Below the pieces are notes generated by a model. It did no database searches and was not told the DNA's origin. It saw only the letters and a program-made list of their open reading frames with translations. A stretch of DNA of 64,000 nt from Carcharhinus longimanus (Eukaryota): contig JASCQW010000098.1 of the NCBI GenBank assembly GCA_030264375.1, positions 57,420,860 to 57,484,859 on the forward strand, in the 5' to 3' direction. The position numbers and the translations under genes are program-made. How positions within the stretch are numbered: the stretch's first letter is position 1; each line of letters opens with the position of its first letter. Below are positions 52,012 to 63,801 of the stretch, one piece after another.

Positions 52012-52310
52012 CTATAGTACACAAGGAGGCCATTCAATCCATGGAGTCTTAGCAACCACAATCCCACCCAGGTCCTATTCTCGTAAACCCACACATTTGC
52101 CTTGCTAATCCCCCGACACTACGGTCAATTTACCACGGCCAAGTCGCACATCTTTGGACTGTAGGAGGAAACCGGAGCATCTGGAGGAAACCCACGCAGA
52201 CGCTGGGAGAATGTGCAAACGCCACACAGTCAGTAACCCCAACCAGGAATCGAACCTGGGTCCGTGGCGCTATGAGGCAGCAGTGCTAACCACTATGCTA
52301 CCTTGTCGCC
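52012..52310 (-). mobile_element. HE1/V-type SINE
   Basis: Reverse-strand B-box (ggaatcgaacc), V-domain and CR1-like tail. Confidence 0.88.
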
Positions 52311-52554
52311 CATATCTTGTATCTTTTTCAAAAAATAGAATTCTAACGAGAACAAGAATAAAATAAATCTGCACCGAATGGTCCTTTAATTATGATAGTG
52401 AAAAAAGTGATTCCTATTGCTGTAAACTGATAAAACTCTTGTGATGTTAGAGGTATATTGTTCATTAGGTCAGCTGAAAAATTCTTAGGAAATCTTGCAG
52501 GGCTTTACCAATCTCATGGACCTCCCTCATTTATTTCAATCCAGCAACAGCCTA

Positions 52555-52958
52555 ATAGAAGAATGAGGGGAGACGTTATAGAAACATATAAGATTATGAA
52601 GGGAATAGATAAGATAAAAGCAGGGAAGTTGTTTCCACTGGCGGGTGAAACTAGAACTAGGGGGCNNNNNNNNNNNNNNNNNNNNNNNNNNNNNNNNNNN
52701 NNNNNNNNNNNNNNNNNNNNNNNNNNNNNNNNNNNNNNNNNNNNNNNNNNNNNNNNNNNNNNNNNNNNNNNNNNNNNNNNNNNNNNNNNNNNNNNNNNNN
52801 NNNNNNNNNNNNNNNNNNNNNNNNNNNNNNNNNNNGTGAGCAGGTGGGTAAGTGGAGTTGAGTCCACAAAAAGATCAGCCATGATCTTACTGAATGGCGG
52901 AGCAAGCTTGAGGGACCAGATGGCCTACTCCTGCTCCTAGTTCTTATGTTTTTATGTT
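52555..52958 (+). mobile_element. Young CR1 3' end spanning a gap
   Basis: RRMRGDVIETYKIMKGID...LFPLAGETRTRG, then the tail. Confidence 0.88.
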
Positions 52959-53328
52959 AACGTTGCCAGAGGCCTGGAAATAGATTAGCTGTATTAGGGA
53001 TCCTTAGTTAAGGATGAAAATACTACATATTTGGACAAAAATATATACTTTGAAGCCATTAGGGCACGTTTTAGGAAAAATCTGTGGTGTCCATTGTCTT
53101 TCAGAAAATCTTTACCAAGTAGACCGCTCAAAGATTAAGGGTTATAGAATTAAGGGCAAGGTAACAAATTGGATTTAAAGCTGGTTAAGAAAGATCACAC
53201 CTCAGGATAGCTAAGAATGGGCAATTAATTCTGCCCTTCCAGTGTCATCCACATTCTGAAAAATATTTGGGAAAGTAGTTTGTGTTTGGAAGTGGGTTCC
53301 ATAGGATTCTGTTCTTGGGCCCTTTCTG

Positions 53329-53524
53329 ATGTGGAGTTGTAGCGTTGGACTGAGGTGGACACAGTAAGAAGTCTCATAACACCAGGTTAAAGTCCAACAG
53401 GTTTATTTGGAATTACGAGCTTTTGGAGCGCTTCATCACTTACCTGATGAAGGAGCCGTGCTTCAAAAGCTTGTGATTTCAAATAAACCTGTTCGACTTT
53501 AACCTGCTGTTGTGAGACTTCTTA
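53329..53524. mobile_element. Palindromic Penelope-derived insert, copy 3
   Basis: Inverted arms, TSD ggccctttctg / ggaccttttctg, and CTGATGA-A-ggagc-cgt-gcttc-AAAAGCTT-gtg at 53444. Confidence 0.78.
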
Positions 53525-53904
53525 ATGGACCTTTTCTGTTCATGCTGTACAACTGCAGTTTGAATTTTGGGCTAGAGGGTATCCTGCTCAAATTTGGAGA
53601 TTTGATGAAAATAAACTGTGTACAATTTTCAGCATCAAAGAGGGGATGTGATTAAATGGTGGAATGTAAAGTAACAGATGGAATTCAGAGTCCTCCAGTA
53701 TGAGGTGCTATAATTTGGGTTCAAAAAAAGTATTTATACTTCTGAAATATTTTACTTTTTGAAAAATGATGAGGTGAAATGGCAGAGTGATTTATAGGAG
53801 ATGGAGTAAGCGGTGACCAGGTTCAGAACATTTTAAAAGCAACATGTGAAGTGGATAAGACCCTTTAAACAAAAAAAACCGTCAGGGTTTTCAGGCAATC
53901 TGTG

Positions 53905-54280
53905 GAGGCAGTAGCGTAGTGGTATTGTCACTGGACTAGACACCCAGATACTCAGGTTAATGTTCTGGAGACTAGGGTTTGAATCCCGCCATGACAGATG
54001 GTGAAATTTGAATTCAATAAAAACCTGGAACTAAAAGTCTAATATGGCGATTAAAGCATTGTCAATTGTCGTAAAAGTCCATTTGGTTCACAAATGTCCT
54101 TTAGGGAAAGAAATCTGTTGTCCGAACCTGGTCTAATTTACATGGAACTCCAGATCCACAGCAATGTGGGGTTGACTCTTAAATGCCCTCTTAAAAGAAC
54201 GACCAAGCCACTAAACTAAAGGGCAATAAATGTTGGTGTAACCAGCAATGCCCACATCCCATTAATGAATTTAAAAAAAT
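53905..54280 (+). mobile_element. tRNA-derived SINE, family 2
   Basis: A-box tagcgtagtgg, B-box ggtttgaatcc, tail gggcaataaatgttgg...cccacatcccattaatgaat. Confidence 0.8.
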
Positions 54281-55744
54281 GTAAAAGATGTAATGGTTAA
54301 CTTATGTAGAACTTAAGAAGTTTTGGACCTCTCACTACAGAAATAACATTGAAGCATTAGGAAGGATTTGCTACAGAAATTACTGGAGTGTCACTTGGTA
54401 TCATGCAGATATTAAGGTCGACAAAGGTTGGAGCTGATCTTACATAGAGAGAAAATGATGGGGTGATTTGAAAGTGGTGTTTAAAATGATGAAGGGTGCA
54501 ATCAGAGTAGATAAAAACAGACCTTTGTCAGTGCTTGAGCAGCTCCAGTTTAGAACTCTGTTCTAATACATATCACTGATTTAAGTCGGAGTACGAGAGA
54601 AACTTTTCTATAAATAAAGCTTTGGAGTGCATGGCCAAAGCTGGTGATTGAAGCAAAGAGCACATAAACGTTTAAAAATAAGTTGGAAGAGTTGATAGAA
54701 ATGGAGATAAAAGAACATAGAAATAGAATGGGCACATGGAATTTTGGTCACTGCTTACCTGAACGTATACATACTAGTGCTAGTGCTTTGGTATTATGTA
54801 AAGGCAGGTTTTAATGCTTTTGGTGAATACGCCTCATGATTACTTAATCATTATCTGAAATGCACTATCCTCTCTTCTATATTGTAAATGCTCAGTTATG
54901 TTTTTCAAGTATTTTCTTTTTAATCATAGATTACCTAAATTTGCATTGTTTCCATTTTATTATGTGTAGCTGGTTTTTGTTGATGCTTTCAAGTTAAAAT
55001 AAGAAGTATTTTGGTAGAGGAGACAACAATCTTCTGTGATTCTGTTTTTCCCAGAATTCTATGGCCATTCACGCCCTGCTAATAAGAATTGAGAATTTGA
55101 CATTCAGCTAAATCTTCATTCATAGTAGTGGGATAGGAGAATCCCAGCCACAGGCGAGGTTGGAGAATACTGTCCAGAATGTATTATTGCCAGTTTGGAT
55201 GTTTCCATGTTGAGCTTCAAATTGAGGTGTAGTTGGTCAAGATAACTATAGATAAAATATTTCTGACAAATTCAACAACTTAAACTTCTATTAAATAATA
55301 ATTTCAAACATGTACATGCCTACATTAAGGAGATTGTAATTGTGCTAGGAATTATTTTTATTCTGGTGTGCACATGGTGGACTGAATGGCTACCTTCTGT
55401 GCCATAAGCCTTTCTAGGTTTCTATGGACTTAACCCATTTATGTCTTTCCTACAACTTCCCCTTTGAACATCATCTGTGGGTAGAGTTCTGCAGACTCCA
55501 GATTATGGTCTTCACTCAGTAAGGTGTCCATGTTCAATTGACAGCCAGCAGAGGAACATGGTGTACATTTATCAGTCAGAATTGATTTGCTCATTGCTTG
55601 CCTTTTGGAAGACTGGAAAGAATGTTTCATTTTGCATGCCAACTTTTGCCACAATCAGATCTACATTTTTAATATCTTTCTTTTTGATAGTTCCAATATT
55701 AAATTGTGCATAGAGCAGATAAAAGGAAAAGAAAAATTCAACAG

Positions 55745-56125
55745 GTTAGGCCAATACACATTGGAGTTTAGTAAAATGAGACAGTTTTATTGAAACATAT
55801 ATCTGAGGGGACTTGATAGGGTGGATATCATAGGATGTTTCTTCTCGTTTGGGAGACTTAAAGTGAGAGATGCTGCCTTAAAAGGGAGACCTCGTATTTT
55901 TCTCACCGAGGATCATTGGTATATGGAGTTCTCTTGCTCAAAGTGGAGGCTGACTCTTTGAATTTATTCAAGGCAGAGTTGGGCAGCTTGTTGACAGACA
56001 AGAGAGTCAAGTGTTTTGAGGGGCAGACAGCAAAGTTGAGTCTACATCAGATCAACATTGATCTTATTGAAAGCTGGAGCAGGCTTGAAAGGCCAAATGG
56101 CCTATTCCTACTTGTATGTTCCTGA
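55745..56125 (+). mobile_element. CR1 3' end (diverged)
   Basis: LEFSKMR, NLFKAELGS and the tail gatcttattgaa...ggccaaatggcct. Confidence 0.75.
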
Positions 56126-56324
56126 AACAACAAATTGCAAATATTTTTACTCAAGGCAGACTGTACATCAAACAGAAGGGCTGATATACACAAGTGTACT
56201 TTTATTAAAAAGTAAATAGTGTGGCTGATAGGCTATAATATTTTCAACAGATGTGGTACCCAGACTTGGCTTCAGTGTAGTTTACGTTGATCTTAGACTT
56301 CAGTTAGGAGAATAAAGTGATATC

Positions 56325-56646
56325 ATAGAATCCTATAAAATCCCTACAGTGCAGAAGAGACCATTTGGTCTATTGGGTCTGAACCAACTCTCTGACAGAG
56401 TATTTTGTCCAGCCTCTATCCCCGTAATCCCCATGTTTACCATGTCCAATCCATCTAACCTACTCATCTTGGGATACTAAGGGGCAATTTAGCATAGTCA
56501 GTTCACCTAATCTGCATATCTTTGGACTGTGGTAGGAAACCAGAGAAAACCCACACAGACTTGGGGAAAATGCGCAAACTCCATGCATCCAAGGTTGGAA
56601 TTGAATCCAGGTCCCTGGAACTGAGGCAGCAGTGTGCTGCCACCGT
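56325..56646 (-). mobile_element. HE1/V-type SINE with CR1-like tail
   Basis: Same structure as 13030-13350. Confidence 0.85.
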
Positions 56647-56878
56647 GATAGGCATAGAGTTGGTTACTCACAGAAGGGGAGGGGAAATTTGGTTATGGAG
56701 AGGCACTGTTAAAATGGTAGCGGTCTTTTAACTTTTGCTGACTACAAAAGGCACTTAAATGGAGAAAAAAAACTCTGTTACATTTTTAAGTTTTTGTGGG
56801 ACTAGAAAACCTTTTTTGCAATCTTAGTAAAGTTAAGATTTATTCCCTTATAGTAATTAATCTCATTATTGGTTGCAG

Positions 56879-56905
56879 GTATGGTCTTAAAGACACTTAC
56901 AAATG
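56879..56905 (+). CDS. NARS2: NARS2 27-nt micro-exon
   Basis: ttgcag acceptor and gtaagc donor. Encodes (Q)YGLKDTYK(W), phase 2/2, between RLKQ and WYEELR. Confidence 0.88.
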
Positions 56906-58030
56906 GTAAGCAACTACAATTTTTGAATTCAGTACTCAAAACTAATTTATAGTCCGATAGATCTTATCCTCAAGTTTGGTTGTTCTCACTCTTTTTACTG
57001 CAAACTTTCTGTAATGTCTAAATTTCTGAAACTGGCTTCAATCTTGAGATGTCAATCACAATAAGCCTGGTCTTCATCTGCTTACCATCTTCCGAACCAC
57101 TACCTTTACCCATCTACCAAAGGAAAAAAGCTCTTCCTTAACTTCGTTAGCTTGCTGTAAATTTCAAAATCCCACTGCTGCAGCAACCCATCCTTCACAT
57201 CGCTCTGTCACTGTGAACCTATTAAACTGCTTCCTCATACTTCACTTTTATTCTCATCTCCATAAAAATATTCACCGTCCTCAATCTTTGTCATCCCACC
57301 CATTCTCCACTCCATCCCATTCCTTTAAATCAGAGGGCTGAAAACTCACATGCACCTAATGCAATGCAGGACCAGTCATTCACTGCCATGTTCTCAGTGA
57401 AATTCTCCGCGTATAAGATTGGAACATAGCCAACCTTTTGGTCAAAGACACCTGTTTTCTATGCATCTCCTCCTCAAATCCCTTTCCACCACACTTGTTT
57501 CCTTTACCAAATGTGACAGTATCATGAATTTCTTCATCTTTAAGATTATGACCAGCTACCAGTGCTCCCAATTTTTTTTCTGTTTTGGTTTGAAAGTCAT
57601 TTTGCAGTGTATCTCCCATCATTCTCTCTGAATTCTCCAAGCTTATTTCTTCCATGGAAGTAGCCTCCAACTTCTTCAGTCTGCTTTCAACTACAGTTTT
57701 GTCCATGTTAGAATAGACACTGTATCCCTTCCTTTAATCTTGGCCTTGGGGAAGCTCCAAACCCTGCCACTGAGTCCTCCTTTTCTTTCTATAACTATTG
57801 GCTCCAACTGACTGCATAAAGCTTAGTATCCTGTCCAATTGACACCTAGTTTCACTGCCCTCGCATGTTGTAAATCTTCAAGATTGCTTAATTCCACTAT
57901 TGCATCTTTTGAATGACACACTATCTTTTTTTTCCTCTTCCTCTTCTATTTTTACTCCTTCAGTTCCTCATTCAATGGTTGCCAGGAGCAGGCTGTTTTC
58001 ACTGTCTGTACTGGCTAACTCTCTCTCTCT

Positions 58031-58230
58031 CTAGCAGAACTGAGAAACCCATTTGGACTTCCAAAAGCTACTAAAGTCACTGATTACACCTCTTGTTGTA
58101 ACTAATCTAGCCTGGGTTCCATTCTTGGATGCATCCTTGGTGTTGATCACCAGTTCAAGGTACTTGAATTTGTTGATTGCCTCTACCTCAGTGCTTCCAA
58201 TCTTGAATTTTTCACTGCCATTTAGGACCA
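58031..58230 (-). mobile_element. Old RTE-type LINE fragment
   Basis: EVEAINKFKYLELVI...QARL...FWKSKWVS. Confidence 0.55.
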
Positions 58231-58914
58231 TTGGGCAGTATTTTACCATTTTTAGCGTAAGTGCCGGGCAGGCTTGGAACTGGAAGAGTTCCAGATCCAT
58301 TTTTTGGGCATGTTTTTCGCTCCTCCCCCCTCCATACGCACTCTGGCTACAAAATTCTGAGCGAGCCTGTTGGTTGCTGCAGAAGCTATGGGCAGGGCTT
58401 AATGTGCCTGCAGACCAAGGTATTGAGCATGCGCAGGTCTCTGATGCAAAAAGACAAAAAGAGAGCTGTCAGGCCCCTGCTACTGCAAGCAACCTGAAGC
58501 AGCTCCCCCCCTGCAATCGTGGGAGCCCACAGCCGCAGATGCAGCCTCTGCCTACACTCTCGCTGCCAGACCCATCGCGGATCTNNNNNNNNNNNNNNNN
58601 NNNNNNNNNNNNNNNNNNNNNNNNNNNNNNNNNNNNNNNNNNNNNNNNNNNNNNNNNNNNNNNNNNNNNNNNNNNNNNNNNNNNCTATTTCCTCTTTTGC
58701 ATGACACACTAGCTTTTTTTTCCGCTTCCTCTTCTCTTTTTACTTGCACACAACTCCCTCCCCCACCCCCCCCCATAAAGTACAGACATGTTTTCTACAT
58801 TAGAGGGATCATCTACATGCAGGTGATTGTTTAGCTGTCTGATAAATGCTTAACCAACTGAGAGAAAAATTGTGGCCAAATGGCTATTATACTGTATAGT
58901 GAATTGTTTTCATA

Positions 58915-59292
58915 GTTTTGGTCTACATTTTCACCCTTGCTTCCAAAATCCTCCATGACCTCACTCCTCTATCTCTTGAAGCCTATCCTATCCTGCAATC
59001 CTCAAATATCTATGCTGTTCTAATCTGACCCTCTTGAACATTCCTAATTTTAATTGTTCCAGTTGCTTGGTGACTGTGCATTCAGCCATCTTAGTCCTGA
59101 ACTCTGGAATTACCTCCCNNNNNNNNNNTCTGCCTTTCTATTCACTCCCTGTTTTGGGGCTATCCTTAAAACCATCTCATTCACCAAGATTTTGACATTT
59201 GCCTAATATGGTTTGGTGTCCAAGTTTGCTTTATAACTGAAGCATCTTGGGGTATTTTAGTGTTTAAAAATGCTTTATAAATATAGGTTGTA
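58915..59292 (+). mobile_element. L2-type 3' end
   Basis: Homologous to 34020-34340 (caaatccctccatg, ctctggaatt, tataaatataggttg end). Confidence 0.65.
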
Positions 59293-59778
59293 AGATTACA
59301 TTAAATTTGATTTGTAGTAGTCTGTCTTTGCTAGTATTTACAGTTGCAGTCACACTATAAAGAATAGATGAAACCCAATTCAAATTGACACCTAACTAAC
59401 CTGTTACAACTGCATGCAGCTTTAGCTGCATCATGTGGTATTTTCTGTTGTGTGGCAGCATTGATGTGAGCACAATTCTCATTTGATCTTGATTCATGAC
59501 CCAACTGCATAAATGAACCAGTTGTGTATGGTGGTCACCAGTAGCTCCCTGTGCAAATTTTTATGTAAATAATGAAAAAATTGCAGCAGTTCTTCAAAAA
59601 TAAATGAGTAATGTGATTTAGTTTAAAATCTTTGACCCATCCATAACCTCAGAGTAGATTTCTTGACAAACTGGATGTTCCCCCATTTTATGCAACTCTA
59701 AACTGGAATTGACACATTGTAACTAAATTATAAACGTGTGTAATGCTTCTGCTTTTTAAATTAGCTCATTTCTTGTAG

Positions 59779-59923
59779 GTATGAGGAACTTCGTCAGTTT
59801 GGATCAGTGCCACATGGAGGATTTGGATTAGGATTTGAACGGTATCTACAATGTATCCTGGGTGTTGAGAACATTAAAGATGTTATTCCATTTCCAAGGT
59901 TTTCTCACTCATGCCTTTTATAA
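59779..59923 (+). CDS. NARS2: NARS2 terminal coding exon (motif 3 and stop codon)
   Basis: ttgtag acceptor. Encodes (W)[47 protein letters not shown] followed by TAA. Confidence 0.97.
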
Positions 59924-60119
59924 ATAGTAAAGGAACAAATCATGTTAAATGCTTTTTTTATTTCAAGAAGTACTGAACCTTGCAAATTTAGCAAATAGAA
60001 TATTTCCTTGAACTGTACAGTATTTTAATCAGTTATTAAACATTCACATGAAATGGATATGTGATTTATAAGCAGAAACAAGGAAGGTAACCTATCATTG
60101 TAACCTGAAAGAATGTTAA

Positions 60120-60125
60120 AATAAA
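60120..60125 (+). terminator. Candidate NARS2 polyadenylation signal (alternatives ATTAAA 60035-60040 and AATAAA 60403-60408)
   Basis: AATAAA about 200 nt after the stop codon. Which signal is used cannot be told from sequence. Confidence 0.45.
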
Positions 60126-62381
60126 AGGAATTTAAATGAAGTGAAAATGAAAATTGTGGCAGTCGTTATTGTACTCCTTTCTGATAAATGCTGGATAAAC
60201 ACTCCCATGATGAATCATTGTATTTGATTGAAAAACTGACTGAGAACCATTCTTTCAAATGTCTTCAGGTTTGGTAATCTTTGTTCTCAATTAGTAAATA
60301 TGCTTGGTCGCAACATAAATTACTTGTAATTTCTCTTACAGCAAGGCCATACTCGGATTAGTGATCATTTTGTCTTGCATAACTTGGGCCTTATTGTAGT
60401 GTAATAAACATCAAGTTTTGTTTAAATGAGCTAAATGGGTACATCTGTTCAGATATTAAGTTTATTTAGCTATTTATCATTTTTTTTGGTTTTGTACTTG
60501 TTGGGACAGATTTACTTAAATCAAAGTCCTTTTATACCAATTGGATTTATTCTCTGTTTGAATAAGGATGCAAATTGTAGCAATATTTCATTCCAACCAA
60601 CAATAGTGGAAGCATTTTTTTCTGTTGAGTGTTCTGGACTAAAAATTATAATTCTGGTAGCAACAGCTAGTGTTTGCATACTAAATTATGTATATTATAT
60701 TATGGCAACAACAAACAATAGTGCTTCAAGAAGCTTCAGAGACAGAAGTAGATGTCTGGCAGTGAAGGATGAAAATTGGGGAAGTGAAATAAAGCATCAT
60801 NNNNNNNNNNNNNNNNNNNNNNNNNNNNNNNNNNNNNNNNNNNNNNNNNNNNNNNNNNNNNNNNNNNNNNNNNNNNNNNNNNNNNNNNNNNNNNNNNNNN
60901 TGAAAATTGGGGAAGTGAAATAAAGCATCATCCAAAACATAAGATTTGCAGAGACTTTGAAGGAGGAAAGAAATGGAACAAGGTGAAAAGGTTTAGTTGG
61001 AGCATTATCCAATGTGTCACCAAAATAATTGACTATTATACCACCAAAAGTGAAATAAAAGGAAAGGAAGTAAAAGGGCAGTGAGCATCAACAAAATGGG
61101 GTTGGAGGAGTTTACAGGAGTGAAAAGGGATGAGCTATGAGGAACTTTAAATAAGGATGTTTTTGAATTCTGTACATAAGGATTGGAAAGCTAATAAAAA
61201 TGATCAATGATGAGTCTCAGGAGAACAGAATGAAGGTGTGGATTTTGGATTTACATCGAACGCTGGAATCTGTTGAGGAGGGTGTTGAAGGAAGAAAGTC
61301 TGGAATTCAGCCAAAAAGGCAGTTGAGAAAGGGAATAGATTAGATGCAGGAGACAGGACATGACACAGATCCATATAATGTATTTTACTTTCATTAGATA
61401 TTGTTGCAACATCAGCAGGGACAATAAAGATAGGTAATTTAAATCCACTGAAATTAGTATTTGATATTGGAGACTACATTTCCAAGATTACATTTCCTGG
61501 TATATTTGGATAAACTTAGGTACCGTACAGCTGAGGGGATTACCAACCAGTGTTCTGACCTAGTCCTCCTTTCCATATGAACTGGATTTGTTTATCCAAA
61601 GTAATTTGCATATTTAGTTAACTGAAATTACTTATTATGGGCAAAATATACAGACAAGGTAGCATTGTTTGCTCTCACCACCAGCCAGATGTTCAACTGT
61701 AGATCTTGGAAGTCATTTGAATGGGTTAATTGTGATATGATGTCAGACAGACTTAAAATGCTTGCGACTTCATTTTATTCCCTGCTTCTTAAAAGTGACC
61801 AGATGCTGATTAAATAAATCAAATGTAGCACTCTTCACTGATCTTTGGACATGCAATATAAGTAAGAGTGAACAGAAGGACATTCGGTGAGTAAAAATTA
61901 TATATGGTATATAGTCCAGAACCAGACCATTAAGCTCAATTTGTTTGTGGCAGTGTTTATACTGCACAGGAGCCTTTTCCCATACTACTTCATCTAGATT
62001 TGCATTGAAGAGAAGCAAGCAAAACCTGGATTTAAAGAGGCTGATCTTTTGGGAATATGTCAGATAGAGGAATGGAAAATGCCAGGCTAGAATCTTAAAA
62101 TTGTGAGAATGGGATGAAGAGAGAGATTCAAGCAAGGAAAAATAAATTGAGAATAAATGTCAAAGTGCAAGTAATGAGTAATACCGATGGCGACACTGAA
62201 TTTGGATGAACAGTTCAATGCTGACATGGAAGCTCAGGATAAATTACTACATTTTTAACTACCTAAAAATTTGTAAGAAGTATCAGCTTTGATGTTCCAA
62301 AATTAGTTGTCTGGAATTACACTTTGATTTTTTTGGCATAATTCCCCAGAAATTGGTGTGACTGTTTCAAAAACGTAAATT

Positions 62382-62668
62382 GCAGCACAGTGATGCGCAT
62401 TGCTGCCTCGTAGACCAGGCACCCCGGTTCAGTTCCGGCCTTGGATATCTGTGGAGTCTGCACATTCTTCCCATGTCTGTGTGGGTTTCCGCTGGGTGCT
62501 CTGGTTTTCTTCCACAGTCTGAAAGATGTGCTAGCTAGATGCATTGGCCATGCGAAATTCTCCCTCAGTGTACCCGTTCGGGTGCCAGAGTGTGGCAACT
62601 AGGGGATTTTCACAGCTTCGTTGCAGTGTTAATGTAAGCCTACTTGCAACACTAATCAATAAACTTAA
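62382..62668 (+). mobile_element. V-type SINE with the alternative tail
   Basis: Head with B-box ggttcagttcc, V-domain, and tail ggattttcacagc...gtgttaatgtaagcctacttgcaacactaatcaataaact. Confidence 0.85.
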
Positions 62669-63274
62669 ACAAATTGCGTTCAGTTCACCTAATTTATCAC
62701 ACAATATTGGGCGCTAGCTTAGCAGCCACCAGTTAATATATGCTTCAGTTTAAATATGATGTTTGGCCACCAGGGTGGGGTACCAGAGTTGCTGGTGTTT
62801 ATCCGCAACCCTCCATAAGACTCATTGATCTTAGAGTGGAAAACTGCGGAGGAGGGGATTTCTTTATGTACTTGGAAAATATTCATGCTTTCTAACGAGA
62901 GTGTCTGCGATGTAGCATCTGACAACAGGAGTCGCTTTAAAACAGTTGTGTGGAAACCAGCTGGGCTTGTTATATAAATCGGGACACGGAACAAGTCTGT
63001 CACAACTATGTTTACAATCCGAGTTTTGTCCCTTCTCAATTCAAACTGACTACGCCCCTTTAAAGGCTATTCTTTCACCAGGGAGGGAAGTGTGGTCCTA
63101 ATAGTTTATGATGATGACTAAATTGGAAATTATGGGGTCCACACAAATAATAGACCTTTTAGAGAATTNNNNNNNNNNNNNNNNNNNNNNNNNNNNNNNN
63201 NNNNNNNNNNNNNNNNNNNNNNNNNNNNNNNNNNNNNNNNNNNNNNNNNNNNNNNNNNNNNNNNNNNNNNNNNN

Positions 63275-63729
63275 AACCAAAGTCCCGTTGAATGAGGCTC
63301 TCCCGATCCTCCACTTCTACACATTCCTCTCTCTCTCTTCACTCATCGCCAGTCCCAGCCCGAGACTGAAAAAATACACAAGGAACCCCTATTCCCTAAA
63401 TGTCCCACCAGATCGGTTTGAATTTAACCGGTCCAATGCAAATGTTTTATTTGGCCGGCTTTAAAGTAGGCGTTCGCCTTTAAGAGGTGCTGTAGGCGGT
63501 GCGAGAGCCACTCGAAACAACAGCTCTGCTCACTACTTCCTACATGAGCCCCGGCAGCTGGTGCAGGAACATCGGGGCTCGCTGTGACTGTTGGAGCTTG
63601 TGGTTGCGATTTATCGGAATATCTACTGCCTCCTTTTGCAGGACAGCCCGAATCTTCAGAGGGGGAAAGAATTGTGAACGGCTCATTCAATGTGACTGCA
63701 CTGTTCTTGTAAGGTCAACACTGGGCAAG
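63275..63729 (+). promoter_or_regulatory. Putative GAB2 promoter and 5'UTR
   Basis: Locally CpG-rich in a CpG-poor background, free of recognisable repeats, CCAAT near 63433, directly upstream of the ATG exon. Confidence 0.55.
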
Positions 63730-63801
63730 ATGAGCGGAGGGGAGGTAGTTTACTGCGGCTGGTTAAGAAAATCTCCACCAGAAAAGAAGTTGAGGCGATA
63801 T
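63730..63801 (+). CDS. GAB2: First coding exon of a GRB2-associated binding protein (start of PH domain), probably GAB2
   Basis: Encodes [24 protein letters not shown], then a gtaagt donor. The LRRY motif and the position directly downstream of NARS2 favour GAB2 over GAB1. Confidence 0.88.

Noticed and set aside
53905-53990. tRNA-like sequence (also at the heads of other SINEs)
   Set aside because: A and B boxes are present but there is no intact cloverleaf, and the sequence continues into SINE body and tail.
58053-58712. 219-aa ORF
   Set aside because: It is the antisense of an RTE fragment joined to another repeat and a gap, with no recognisable protein.
12954-59778. U12-type or non-canonical NARS2 introns
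   Set aside because: All eight introns are GT-AG with U2-type donors, and none has the RTATCCT signature.
60435-60923. 162-aa hydrophobic ORF after NARS2
   Set aside because: AT-rich 3' flank gives Leu/Ile/Phe-rich chance ORFs, it runs through a gap, and it has no recognisable motif.
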